Origin: Octopus vulgaris
Taxonomy: Eukaryota
Length of the DNA stretch: 64,000 nt
Reading direction: 5' to 3'
NCBI GenBank assembly: GCA_951406725.2
Contig: OX597814.1
Coordinates: forward strand, 224,750,001-224,814,000
Translations under genes and position numbers: made by a program
Notes under the pieces: generated by a model
What the model was told of the DNA's origin: nothing
Seen by the model: the letters and a program-made list of their open reading frames with translations, nothing else
Database searches by the model: none
Shown here: one piece after another, positions 12,401-23,870 of the stretch
Layout: each line of letters starts with the position of its first letter
Position numbering within the stretch: the first letter of the stretch is position 1

Positions 12401-14072
12401 GAGAGCAGATGTTGTTGCCTTAAGTAAAGAAATTGACCGGAAAGGAATTTTTGGACAAGGCGGAAGTGTATTAAGGGAACAGGCTTTAAAGATGGCGGAG
12501 ATCGATAGACAAATACGCGCGAAGGTTGAAAAAGGATGATAGAGCGAGACTTGGTCGGGCAGAGTTAATAGAGGAGAAATTAGATACAATAGTTAGATAG
12601 ATAAATAACAACAGATAGGAAAACATGTATGATTGGTCGAGAAGTGAAGTGAAGTGAAGTGAAAATAAATAAAAATAAAATAAAATAATATAAGCATTCA
12701 AACTTAGCTGTGCTCGAGATTATAGCCGCTAGGTGAATGAATGAGAGAGCAGATGTTGTTGCCTTAAGTAAAGAAATTGACCGGAAAGGAATTTTTGGAC
12801 AAGGCGGAAGTGTATTAAGGGAACAGGCTTTAAAGATGGCGGAGATCGATAGACAAATACGCGCGAAGGTTGAAAAAGGATGATAGAGCGAGACTTGGTC
12901 GGGCAGAGTTAATAGAGGAGAAATTAGATACAATAGTTAGATAGATAAATAACAACAGATAGGAAAACATGTATGATTGGTCGAGAAGTGAAGTGAAGTG
13001 AAGTGAAAATAAATAAAAATAAAATAAAATAATATAAGCATTCAAACTTAGCTGTGCTCGAGATTATAGCCGCTAGGTGAATGAATGAGAGAGCAGATGT
13101 TGTTGCCTTAAGTAAAGAAATTGACCGGAAAGGAATTTTTGGACAAGGCGGAAGTGTATTAAGGGAACAGGCTTTAAAGATGGCGGAGATCGATAGACAA
13201 ATACGCGCGAAGGTTGAAAAAGGATGATAGAGCGAGACTTGGTCGGGCAGAGTTAATAGAGGAGAAATTAGATACAATAGTTAGATAGATAAATAACAAC
13301 AGATAGGAAAACATGTATGATTGGTCGAGAAGTGAAGTGAAGTGAAGTGAAAATAAATAAAAATAAAATAAAATAATAAGCATTCAAACTTAGCTGTGCT
13401 CGAGATTATAGCTGCTAGGTGAATGAATGAGAGAGCAGATGTTGTTGCCTTAAGTAAAGAAATTGACCGGAAAGGAATTTTTGGACAAGGCGGAAGTGTA
13501 TTAAGGGAACAGGCTTTAAAGATGGCGGAGATCGATAGACAAATACGCGCGAAGGTTGAAAAAGGATGATAGAGCGAGACTTGGTCGGGCAGAGTTAATA
13601 GAGGAGAAATTAGATACAATAGTTAGATAGATAAATAACAACAGATAGGAAAACATGTATGATTGGTCGAGAAGTGAAGTGAAGTGAAGTGAAAATAAAT
13701 AAAAATAAAATAAAATAATATAAGCATTCAAACTTAGCTGTGCTCGAGATTATAGCCGCTAGGTGAATGAATGAGAGAGCAGATGTTGTTGCCTTAAGTA
13801 AAGAAATTGACCGGAAAGGAATTTTTGGACAAGGCGGAAGTGTATTAAGGGAACAGGCTTTAAAGATGGCGGAGATCGATAGACAAATACGCGCGAAGGT
13901 TGAAAAAGGATGATAGAGCGAGACTTGGTCGGGCAGAGTTAATAGAGGAGAAATTAGATACAATAGTTAGATAGATAAATAACAACAGATAGGAAAACAT
14001 GTATGATTGGTCGAGAAGTGAAGTGAAGTGAAGTGAAAATAAATAAAAATAAAATAAAATAATATAAGCATT
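9414..14072. repeat. Tandem array, 344-bp unit, 13 full copies plus a 187-bp partial
   Basis: Units start aatacgcgcgaagg at 9414, 9758, 10102, 10446, 10790, 11134, 11478, 11822, 12168, 12512, 12856, 13200, 13542 and 13886. Only a handful of differences between units. Confidence 0.98.
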
Positions 14073-14326
14073 AGTATAGTCACTGCTCTGGTCTCTTCGT
14101 GAGATTTTACATCTGGTTATTTTGCTTTTCGTGAGATTTTACATCTGGTTATTTTGCTTTATATATATATATATATATAAAAAGCAATAAAGATTCAAGT
14201 TAATTTAAATGAATTTACTTGAATATGGTACCTAACTTAGATGCACCAAAAAAAACTATACTGATTTAACAATACAGTAATGTGGGGTGATTATAAGCGA
14301 GAATGAAGCAACAAGAATGGATAGGT

Positions 14327-14417
14327 TTTTAGTACAATCGTTTCATACAAGGACAGGTTTTATTAAAAGTTGCAAAAATTACAGCATATAAACGTGTCCC
14401 GTACTCATCAGCTAAAA
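14327..14417 (-). ncRNA. Type I hammerhead ribozyme (mirror copy)
   Basis: Reverse complement of 19332-19422 with intact core. Confidence 0.85.
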
Positions 14418-15883
14418 TACATGTGAGTTCTCTAGACATCCTAGTGGTTGAGGCTATACTCATGAAGTAATGTAGATAATTAAGTAACATAAACAGATTT
14501 CAAAAGTTCATTAAAGTTCTTTAAAGATGATGTACAGTCTTATCACAGAATTTTAAAAAAGTCTTACTAGCATCACAGAGAAGGTGACCTAATCCATAGT
14601 GCACATATGAATTTCCAGAGATATGATGAGGGATTACATACTCACAGAAGACAAATTTATCCATTGTTAATTAAAACGAGGTGGGTTTCAATTCCTGCTT
14701 ATTAGCATTACAGAGAGGGTGAATTAATCCTTTGTATAGATGCACAATTTCCAATGGTGTAGATGTAAATTTCCAAGAAATGAATTTCATATTCACAGGC
14801 GATAAATTTATCAATGGTTGAACACAATGAGGTAGGTATCAATTCTTGCTATATGATTAGGTATTTGCCACATTAATCACATTACTGCTATTTACAAGAG
14901 GCTGTAGCTATTTAACTTTTAAAGGCTGAAGGGCTTTCTAGAGCTGGCAAAGAATAGAAAAGGGAAGGGCATAGAAGAAAGAGAGAAAATAAAGGAGGAG
15001 GGAGCAAAAAGGGGGGGAGGGGACTCAAAGAGAAGAGAAAAGGAAAAAGAGAATAAGAAGAAGAAAAAGAAAAAAGAGAAAAGAGAAAGAAGGAAGGGAA
15101 AAAAAGAAAAAAAGAAAAAAGAAGAAAGAAAAAGAAAAAAAGAGGGTTCTAGTTATACAGAAGAATTAGTAGACGGCAAGTCTGGTTTTAATTTACAGGC
15201 ATCTAGGAATTAGAGGAGAATATTATTCTTTGACCAGTTAAAACAGCTAATTTATTGCTGTTGAAATCAGCTATGAATTTAAAGAGAATCTAAAGAGATA
15301 ACACAGTTAGGGGTTTAGGGGTCAGATGCTAAAATCACCAGAAAATACATTAGGAAAATCTAGGTATAATCTTATCAAAAAGTCATTAAAATTTACTTAT
15401 TTAATTTATTCATTTTATTGTCCTAAGGAGTTGCCGTTATTATTCATACATTGACGGACTACAGGTCAAATCTTAGAAGATCATTTAAAAGGTGTTAGGG
15501 GATTGTCTATCATAATGAAGATAATCATATTATCACCGAGGGAATAGCCTTATTTATTTAATTTTGAAATAGAATTATGGGTCTATAGTAACTCATTTTA
15601 TTTTATTAGAGTTATGCTAATTAAATTAGATTAAGTTAGGAATTAAAATTAAAAATTACAATTAAGATTTAAAATTAAGAATTTAAAAATTGTGAGTTTG
15701 AAATTAAATAAAGCCTCAATTAAGCAGCGAATAAGTGCTATTCATTTCCCTGTTCTCAAAAAACTGATGCAGATATAAGGAAAAAGATAACTGTAGTATG
15801 AGAACTCTTAGTTATCTACTTAAAGCAGTGCTGTACCAGTAGAAATCAAGTTATATCTATCTATCTAGTTACGAATATTCTAA

Positions 15884-16880
15884 TCATTTAAAATATTTTA
15901 AAGTCTTCAATTTAGCGTGGACACAAACTTGACCTAGTTCGATATGGTTATTCAATAGGTTTCTATGTTTTCTATGCTTTAGAATTTCATATGTCTCCAT
16001 GGAGCATAGTTGGCAACCAACCCTACTATTTTTATACGGAATTGCTCTCCTAACTATTTCCCAATTAAGGTTATAATTTTATTATTATTTTTGAGTTCCC
16101 AGATTTTGTTTGAAAGTGTGGTGGTACCAGCTTTATGACGTAATTTAAAAGACGAGATGTGATTTCTAACTCTGGCTAAAAAATTAATTGTACATCCAAT
16201 GTAATAATATTTGTTATTCTCCGTGGATATGGTACATTTATAGATTACATTATTTTCCCCACATAGACCAGGTGCCGGGCATTTTGATTTTATTCTACAC
16301 TTACACACAGGAGGAACAACTTCAGGCTTTGGATTATTCTTGGGTAGATGTTTTAGGTTCCTATTATTTTGATTATCATTTCTATAGTTGGTGCTGATAT
16401 CTAAAGTATTGCTATTATTTCTTGATCCTTCTGTTTCATTATTTAGATCTAAAGTCCTACCATGATTTCTTATATTATTGGTAATGTTAATATTATTGTT
16501 AGTCTTTTTATCCGACTGCATATTGTTGTTATAGATATCACTAATATTTTCATTCTCCTTATTTTCTCTATTTTCCTATTTCTATTATTTCTATTATTAA
16601 CATTATTACTTCTATTAATATCGGCATTGTTATTATTACTATTAATGTTAATGTTATTAGTCATTCTGTGGTTACTAATTTCACCTATGTTTTGATAGTT
16701 ACTATTGCTGTTTTTATTGTTGGTAGTATTATTACAATTGCTATTGGTATTCATGCTGATATTATTATTTTTATTTCTATCTTTCCTGGCTAGTTTAATG
16801 TTGTTATTATTAATCTTAGCTATTAAAGTGGACATATTTGGGAGGGTTGAATAAGAAATCCTAACTGTTTTCCTAGAAAT
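15884..16880 (-). pseudogene. Mirror copy of the Penelope-like GIY-YIG ORF, frameshifted
   Basis: Same peptide split across ORFs 16470-16835 and 16054-16521 by single-base deletions near 16575 and 16080. Confidence 0.85.
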
Positions 16881-17879
16881 ATTTCTAGGAAAACAGTTAG
16901 GATTTCTTATTCAACCCTCCCAAATATGTCCACTTTAATAGCTAAGATTAATAATAACAACATTAAACTAGCCAGGAAAGATAGAAATAAAAATAATAAT
17001 ATCAGCATGAATACCAATAGCAATTGTAATAATACTACCAACAATAAAAACAGCAATAGTAACTATCAAAACATAGGTGAAATTAGTAACCACAGAATGA
17101 CTAATAACATTAACATTAATAGTAATAATAGCAATGCCGATATTAATAGAAGTAATAATGTTAATAATAGAAATAATAGAAATAGGGAAAATAGAGAAAA
17201 TAAGGAGAATGAAAATATTAGTGATATCTATAACAACAATATGCAGTCGGATAAAAAGACTAGCAATAATATTAACATTACCAATAATATAAGAAATCAT
17301 GGTAGGACTTTAGATCTAAATAATGAAACAGAAGGATCAAGAAATAATAGCAATACTTTAGATATCAGCACCAACTATAGAAATGATAATCAAAATAATA
17401 GGAACCTAAAACATCTACCCAAGAATAATCCAAAGCCTGAAGGTGTTCCTCCTGTGTGTAAGTGTAGAATAAAATCAAAATGCCCGGCACCTGGTCTATG
17501 TGGGGAAAATAATGTAATCTATAAATGTACCATATCCACGGAGAATAACAAATATTATTACATTGGATGTACAATTAATTTTTTAGCCAGAGTTAGAAAT
17601 CACATCTCGACTTTTAAATTACGTCATAAAGCTGGTACCACCACACTTTCAAACAAAATCTGGGAACTCAAAAATAATAATAAAAATTATAACCTTAATT
17701 GGGAAATAGTTAGGAGAGCAATTCCGTATAAAAATAGTAGGGTTGGTTGCCAACTATGCTCCATGGAGACATATGAAATTCTAAAGCATAGAAAACATAG
17801 AAACCTATTGAATAACCATATCGAACTAGGTCAAGTTTGTGTCCACGCTAAATTGAAGACTTTAAAATATTTTAAATGA
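16881..17879 (+). CDS. C-terminal part of a Penelope-like polyprotein (linker and GIY-YIG endonuclease), 5'-truncated, no RT
   Basis: Frame open from the palindrome centre: ISRKTVRISYSTLPNM, an Asn-rich tract, CKCRIKSKCP…C, VIYKC…YYYIGCT…R..NH, LSNKIW, CQLC..E, LLN…CVH. Confidence 0.88.
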   Translation: MSRKTVRISYSTLPNMSTLIAKINNNNIKLARKDRNKNNNISMNTNSNCNNTTNNKNSNSNYQNIGEISNHRMTNNININSNNSNADINRSNNVNNRNNRNRENRENKENENISDIYNNNMQSDKKTSNNINITNNIRNHGRTLDLNNETEGSRNNSNTLDISTNYRNDNQNNRNLKHLPKNNPKPEGVPPVCKCRIKSKCPAPGLCGENNVIYKCTISTENNKYYYIGCTINFLARVRNHISTFKLRHKAGTTTLSNKIWELKNNNKNYNLNWEIVRRAIPYKNSRVGCQLCSMETYEILKHRKHRNLLNNHIELGQVCVHAKLKTLKYFK

Positions 17880-19331
17880 TTAGAATATTCGTAACTAGAT
17901 AGATAGATATAACTTGATTTCTACTGGTACAGCACTGCTTTAAGTAGATAACTAAGAGTTCTCACACTACAGTTATCTTTTTCCTTATATCTGCATCAGT
18001 TTTTTGAGAACAGGGAAATGAATAGCACTTATTCGCTGCTTAATTGAGGCTTTATTTAATTTCAAACTCACAATTTTTAAATTCTTAATTTTAAATCTTA
18101 ATTGTAATTTTTAATTTTAATTCCTAACTTAATCTAATTTAATTAGCATAACTCTAATTAATTAAAATGAGTTACTATAGACCCATAATTCTATTTCAAA
18201 ATTAAATAAATAAGGCTATTCCCTCGGTGATAATATGATTATCTTCATTATGATAGACAATCCCCTAACACCTTTTAAATGATCTTCTAAGATTTGACCT
18301 GTAGTCCGTCAATGTATGAATAATAACGGCAACTCCTTAGGACAATAAAATGAATAAATTAAATAAGTAAATTTTAATGACTTTTTGATAAGATTATACC
18401 TAGTTTTTCCTAATGTATTTTCTGGTGATTTTAGCATCTGACCCCTAAACCCCTAACTGTGTTATCTCTTTAGATTCTCTTTAAATTCATAGCTGATTTT
18501 AACTGGTCAAAGAATAATATTCTCCTCTAATTCCTAGATGCCTGTAAATTAAAACCAGACTTGCCGTCTACTAATTCTTCTGTATAACTAGAACCCTCTT
18601 TTTTTCTTTTTCTTTCTTCTTTCTTCTTTTTTCTTTTTTTCTTTTTTTTCCCTTCCTTCCCTATTTCTTTCTCCTTTCTCTTTTTTCTTTTTCTTCTTCT
18701 TATTCTCTTTTTCCTTTTCTCTTCTCTTTGAGTCCCCTCCCCCCTTTTGCTCCATCCTCCTTTATTTTCTCTCTTTTCTTCTATGCCCTTCCCTTTTCTA
18801 TTCTATACAGCTCTAGTAAGCCCTTCAGCCTTTAAAAGTTAAATAGCTACAGCCTCTTGTAAATAGCAGTAATGTGATTAATGTGGCAAATACCTAATCA
18901 TATAGCAAGAATTGATACCTACCTCATTGTGTTCAACCATTGATAAATTTATCGCCTGTGAATATGAAATTCCTTGGAAATTTACATCTACACCATTGGA
19001 AATTGTGCATCTATACAAAGGATTAATTCACCCTCTCTGTAATGCTAATAAGCAGGAATTGAAACCCACCTCGTTGTAATTAACAATGGATAAATTTGTC
19101 TTCTGTGAGTATGTAATCCCTCATCATATCTCTGGAAATTCATATGTGCACTATGGATTAGGTCACCTTCTCTGTGATGCTAGTAAGACTTTTTTAAATT
19201 CTGTGATAAGACTGTACATCATCTTTAAAGAACTTTAATGAACTTTTGAAATCTGTTTATGTTACTTAATTATCTACATTACTTCATGAGTATAGCCTCA
19301 ACCACTAGGATGTCTAGAGAACTCACATGTA

Positions 19332-19422
19332 TTTTAGCTGATGAGTACGGGACACGTTTATATGCTGTAATTTTTGCAACTTTTAATAAAACCTGTCCTT
19401 GTATGAAACGATTGTACTAAAA
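19332..19422 (+). ncRNA. Type I hammerhead ribozyme (Penelope pLTR-type)
   Basis: Stem I ttttag/ctaaaa, core CTGATGA, stem II gtacgggaca/tgtccttgtat with a 39-nt loop, then GAAAC-gatt-GTA. Predicted cleavage after 19416. Confidence 0.85.
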
Positions 19423-19452
19423 ACCTATCCATTCTTGTTGCTTCATTCTCGC

Positions 19453-19498
<46 letters not shown>

Positions 19499-20023
19499 GT
19501 ATGTATGTATGTGTGTGTGTAGGGATCTAATTTGACATTTCTGAGATTTGAAACCAAATCTACCCGCTTGTCGCTTGTCAAAACGAGCGGGAAATCCTCT
19601 TCACACCAGATGATTGCTGAGAAAACACTCGACCCCCTTGGACCTGTGCTGATCAAGGAAAGGTAAGCTCTTCGTTTAAGGTTCGACCTACATTATTGAC
19701 CATGGTCTATATAACAAAGAGAATTTCCTATCTCTTTCTCTTATATGTCAGCAATGACCAAGGAGCAAAACCCTCTCTTTTGTGTCAGCCAGACCAACGA
19801 GCTACACGCGCTTTTTGCGTCAGCCACAATCAAAAGCAGCACGTCTCTTTCGGCCGTAACGAAAGCCGAACAAACTTTATCCTTTCTTCCTTTCTAGTCA
19901 GCACACACACACACACACACATATGTATGTATATATGTATGTATATATACACATACATACATAAATACATATATATATATTATATTATTTAACTGAACGC
20001 CACGCACCCATTTCCAAGTAAGT

Positions 20024-20090
<67 letters not shown>

Positions 20091-20189
20091 TATATATATT
20101 AAGTTAATCCAAACATGAAAACACAACAACGCAAGGACGTGGAACAAATATACTATTATTGGACGCTCAGGAAGGAAGGAAAAAGGAGA

Positions 20190-20224
20190 GTTTAACGTTT
20201 CGAGCGGAGCTCTTCGTCAGAAAC
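20190..20224 (-). ncRNA. Minimal hammerhead-like motif
   Basis: Minus strand reads gttt-CTGACGA-a-gagc tcc gctc-GAAAC-GTT-aaac. Stem III is reduced to the palindrome AACGTT. Lies in a (TA)n-flanked insert, ~20100-20300. Confidence 0.7.
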
Positions 20225-20318
20225 ATTAGGAAAGGAAAGATTCAAAGAAGGGAAAACGGAGGAAAAAAATCGCCAACGGTACATACGCGGTCACATTTTG
20301 AATATATGTATGTGTATG

Positions 20319-20349
<31 letters not shown>

Positions 20350-20434
20350 ATTAGATTCAAAGAAGGGAAAACGGAGGAAAAAAAATCGCCAACGGTACAT
20401 ACGCGGTCACATTTTGAATATATGTATGTGTATG

Positions 20435-20467
<33 letters not shown>

Positions 20468-20779
20468 ATTATAGATATAATATATAGATGATATATATAT
20501 AATATATATATGTATAATATATATATATACGTATATAATAGTATATATACATATACATATATGTGGAATATATATATATATATGTATATTATATATATAT
20601 AGTTTCATATATATATATGTGTGTATGTATATAATACTATATATATATATATATATATATATCATATTATATATACCCGAGTAAGCACATAAATGTGAAA
20701 CAAGGTGGAAAAAAGAGTACTCAAATACCAGAGTTAGAGTAATATGCTTTATTTAAAAGCAGCAGAAATATAACAAAAG

Positions 20780-20817
20780 CTGTTACTCAGAGTTTCACGT
20801 TCCCGTTCATCAGACAG
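20780..20817 (-). ncRNA. Minimal type I hammerhead ribozyme
   Basis: Minus strand reads ctgt-CTGATGA-acg ggaa cgt-GAAAC-tctga-GTA-acag. Confidence 0.82.
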
Positions 20818-21497
20818 TTTTGTTAAAATGGAATAGAAATAACGATATAATCAAAACTAGTTAAAGGATACACCTTTAAAAACAGATTTGTTTCATTGGT
20901 CCTTTCAATTAACGCTCTGAAGCATGCAATGAACAAAATAAATGAATTCAATATAAATTCATTCTATTGTAAAATCGAAGAGTAGATTCAAAATACATAT
21001 TGTAAATAATTATATACGAAATATAAGTCAATTAATAAATTAAAATTAGAATTACAATTAAAATTCAGGCTGCATTACATAAATATTTTACAACAGTATA
21101 TACCCATACTAAACCATCTATAATATACATATATACATCAAAATACACAGAAGCATGCACATAGTTACATGCATATACAGGCATATATATGTAAGACATA
21201 AATATACGCACAAATACACACATATATATATATATATATATACACGCAACCATGCCAGCGTACAAAAATCTCTTGGTGTATACATATAGAAATCAGTTAT
21301 AACAGACAAGAGAGATAGGATGTATATTTTAAATGCAGGGAGGGAGAAAGAAAAAGAAAATAAGAAGACCCCTAAGCGTAACAGCCAGCAAAAGAAAGAC
21401 CGTTAATTGAAAAGACCAATGAAACAAATCCATTTTTAAAGGTGTATCCTTTAACTAGTTTTGATTATATCGTTATTTCTATTCCATTCTAACAAAA

Positions 21498-21535
21498 CTG
21501 TCCGATGAACGGGAACGTGAAACTCTGAGAAACAG
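21498..21535 (+). ncRNA. Mutated hammerhead (mirror of 20780-20817), probably inactive
   Basis: ctgt-CCGATGA-acgggaacgt-GAAAC-tctga-GAA-acag, with two core substitutions (CTGA>CCGA, GTA>GAA). Confidence 0.7.
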
Positions 21536-21546
21536 CTTTTGTAATA

Positions 21547-21600
<54 letters not shown>

Positions 21601-21611
21601 TATATCATATG

Positions 21612-21674
<63 letters not shown>

Positions 21675-22347
21675 CATAGCACCTAGGCCCTTTTTCACCC
21701 TGTCTGTTTGGATGATGTGGCTGTGAACGTTTTCGGTTAGCATAATCTATAACACTGTTTTTCGACCTTATCATTTCGGGTCCCCTGTTTCGATTGGAGC
21801 TTTCTAGCTGTAGGAAAATTTCCTGACTCTCCTCCATCCTTGTCAGAAAACAGCTTCAGGAGTTATGAAGAACTAATTTGTACGTAGTCTGTTTCTGAGA
21901 GCTATTCTATAGGACCTCTGTCTAATCATTAAAACATTAGGCGATCTTTCGATATGGGAACACACGACTGTCACTTACAAACCACTTATAAGCCACGTGT
22001 GTTTATTTACATTTTTGAAGATGATCGTCGGTTTCCGTTACATTTTTAAAATTTTTTGATATGGGGTTGGGGGAAAAGGGATCTTTTGAAGTCGGCGTGA
22101 AAGCGAAAGAGACAGAGAGGAAGAGCGCGATTGAATGAGTGAAGTTCTTTTGACGTTGGCGTGAAGCGGAAGAATTGATGTGCGTGCGCGTGCACGTGTG
22201 TGTGAGTGTGTGTATGTGTGTGTTTGATGGAGTGTGCGAGACAGAATGTGTGGTGTGCATGTGAATTGCTTTTGTTAGTGTGTGTGAAGAGACAGAGAGA
22301 GTAATGTTGCTGGTGTGTGTGTATGTGTGTGTGTGTGTGTGTGTGTA

Positions 22348-22379
<32 letters not shown>

Positions 22380-22501
22380 TGTGAGAGAGAAAGAGATAGA
22401 TAGATAATTGAAATTTTTAATTCACTTTTTAAAGTGTGAGTGATTGACGGAGAAAAGCGAGAGATTATGTATGTATGTATGTACGTATGAATGGCTCCAG
22501 T

Positions 22502-22536
<35 letters not shown>

Positions 22537-22908
22537 GCAGGTTGTTATGTATGTATGTATACACAGATATATGTATCTATGTATGGCCGAGAGAGAGTGA
22601 ACTGAAATATTTTTTATTCACTTTTTGTAGTGAGTGAATGTGTGAGTGACTGACAGAGAAAAGGAGAGAGAGGTTATGTAATGTATGTATGTATGTATGT
22701 GTGTATGAATGTATGTATGTATGTATGTATGGCTTTGGCTGACTGTCCTCTGGTCTTCCCCTCGTTGCTAGCGAAATGGTATATTCCGGCTGTGTGAGCA
22801 ACTGTTTGTTTTAATGGCGGAACAAACGGGAATTCCATTGTAAATAATATGCATAATTCCTCATCTCTTAAATATAGAAGTATATATATATTATATTATA
22901 AATATCAT

Positions 22909-22941
<33 letters not shown>

Positions 22942-23028
22942 ATATGTATACATAATATGTATATATATATTGCATATGTATATATATTACATTATATAAT
23001 ACATACATATATATAATATATATACATA

Positions 23029-23070
<42 letters not shown>

Positions 23071-23071
<1 letters not shown>

Positions 23072-23392
23072 ATATTAGGGAGTAAATCCAAACTTACAGG
23101 GAAAAATTAGATTTAGGATTAAATCTAATTTTATAGTATAAATAAATATATATATTATATTAGATTAGAGATAAAACCACTATTAGGCAAATCAAACAGT
23201 GAAAATCATAAACCAATACATATAAATAAAATAATTAAAATAATTTTTTAAATTTTAACTTTAATTTAAATATTTTAATTTTGAATTTTATATTTCATAT
23301 ATTTTTTATTAATTATTTTATTTATATGTATTGGTTTATGATTTTCACTGTTTGATTTGCCTAATAGTGGTTTTATCTCTAATTTAATATAA
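23071..23392. mobile_element. Short inverted Penelope-like 3' end, related to 44601-46640
   Basis: Arms ~23165-23237 and ~23309-23384. Tail tattagggagtaaatccaaacttacagggaaaaa matches 46590-46632 in reverse. (TA)n flanks. Confidence 0.7.
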
Positions 23393-23544
23393 TATATATA
23401 TATATATATATATATGCATGCATGCACACACCTCGGACACCCACACACTCACACGTGCACACACATACATTAGTAGCTTTTAATATTTTTTATTTTTGAA
23501 CGTTAGATTTTTAGCAATGAGGACTCGTAGCATTTGATTATGTA

Positions 23545-23870
23545 TGGCTCAGTGGTTAGAGCGTCAGGCTCGCAATCATGAGGCATTGAGTTCGATTCCC
23601 GGACTGGCTGTGTGATGTGTTCTTGAGCGAGGCACTTTATTTCACGTTGCTCCAGTTCACTCAGCTGTAGAAATGAGTTGCAACGTCACAGATGCCAAGC
23701 TGTATCGACCCCTTTGCCGTTCCCTTGGATAACACTGGTGGCGTGGAGAGGGGAGGCTGATATACATAGGCGACTGCTGGTCTTCCATAAGCAACCATGC
23801 CCGGATTGTGCCTCAGAGGGCAACTTTCTAGGTGCAATCACGTGGTCATTCATGACCGAAGGGGTTCTTT
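23545..23870 (+). mobile_element. tRNA-derived SINE family C
   Basis: A box tggctcagtggtt and B box gagttcgattcc, followed by a ttgagcgaggcactttatttcacgttgctccag core. Related copy at ~41330-41560. Confidence 0.75.

Larger units (their letters stand above)
14179..19452. mobile_element. Penelope-like element (Naiad-like): two head-to-head 5'-truncated copies forming a 5.2-kb palindrome
   Basis: Arms 14297-16880 and 16881-19452 are reverse complements with no spacer (…cctagaaat|atttctagg…). GIY-YIG ORF and hammerhead in each arm. Flanked by (TA)n on both sides. The left arm has an extra ~120-bp 3' tail (14179-14296). Confidence 0.92.
20676..21545. mobile_element. Penelope-like 3' fragment with inverted arms (different family)
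   Basis: Arms ~20771-20912 and ~21403-21543 with hammerheads. The left arm has an extra ~95-bp tail. Flanked by (TA)n and (TATC)n. Confidence 0.75.

Noticed and set aside
9087-13963. Repeated 117-aa and 71-aa minus-strand ORFs as a tandem gene family
   Set aside because: They are translations of the 344-bp unit, start at non-ATG codons, include low-complexity tracts and show no recognisable domain.
9414-14072. CRISPR-like or repeat-spacer array
   Set aside because: There are no variable spacers. Whole units are identical and the DNA is eukaryotic.
16926-19452. Selenoprotein recoding, reported for some Naiad elements
   Set aside because: All conserved Cys positions are TGT/TGC, there is no in-frame TGA before the terminal stop, and I could not identify a SECIS by eye.
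23545-23605. tRNA genes at SINE heads (also 3333, 25454, 41330, 51800)
   Set aside because: A/B boxes are present but there is no complete cloverleaf, and each continues into a dispersed SINE body.
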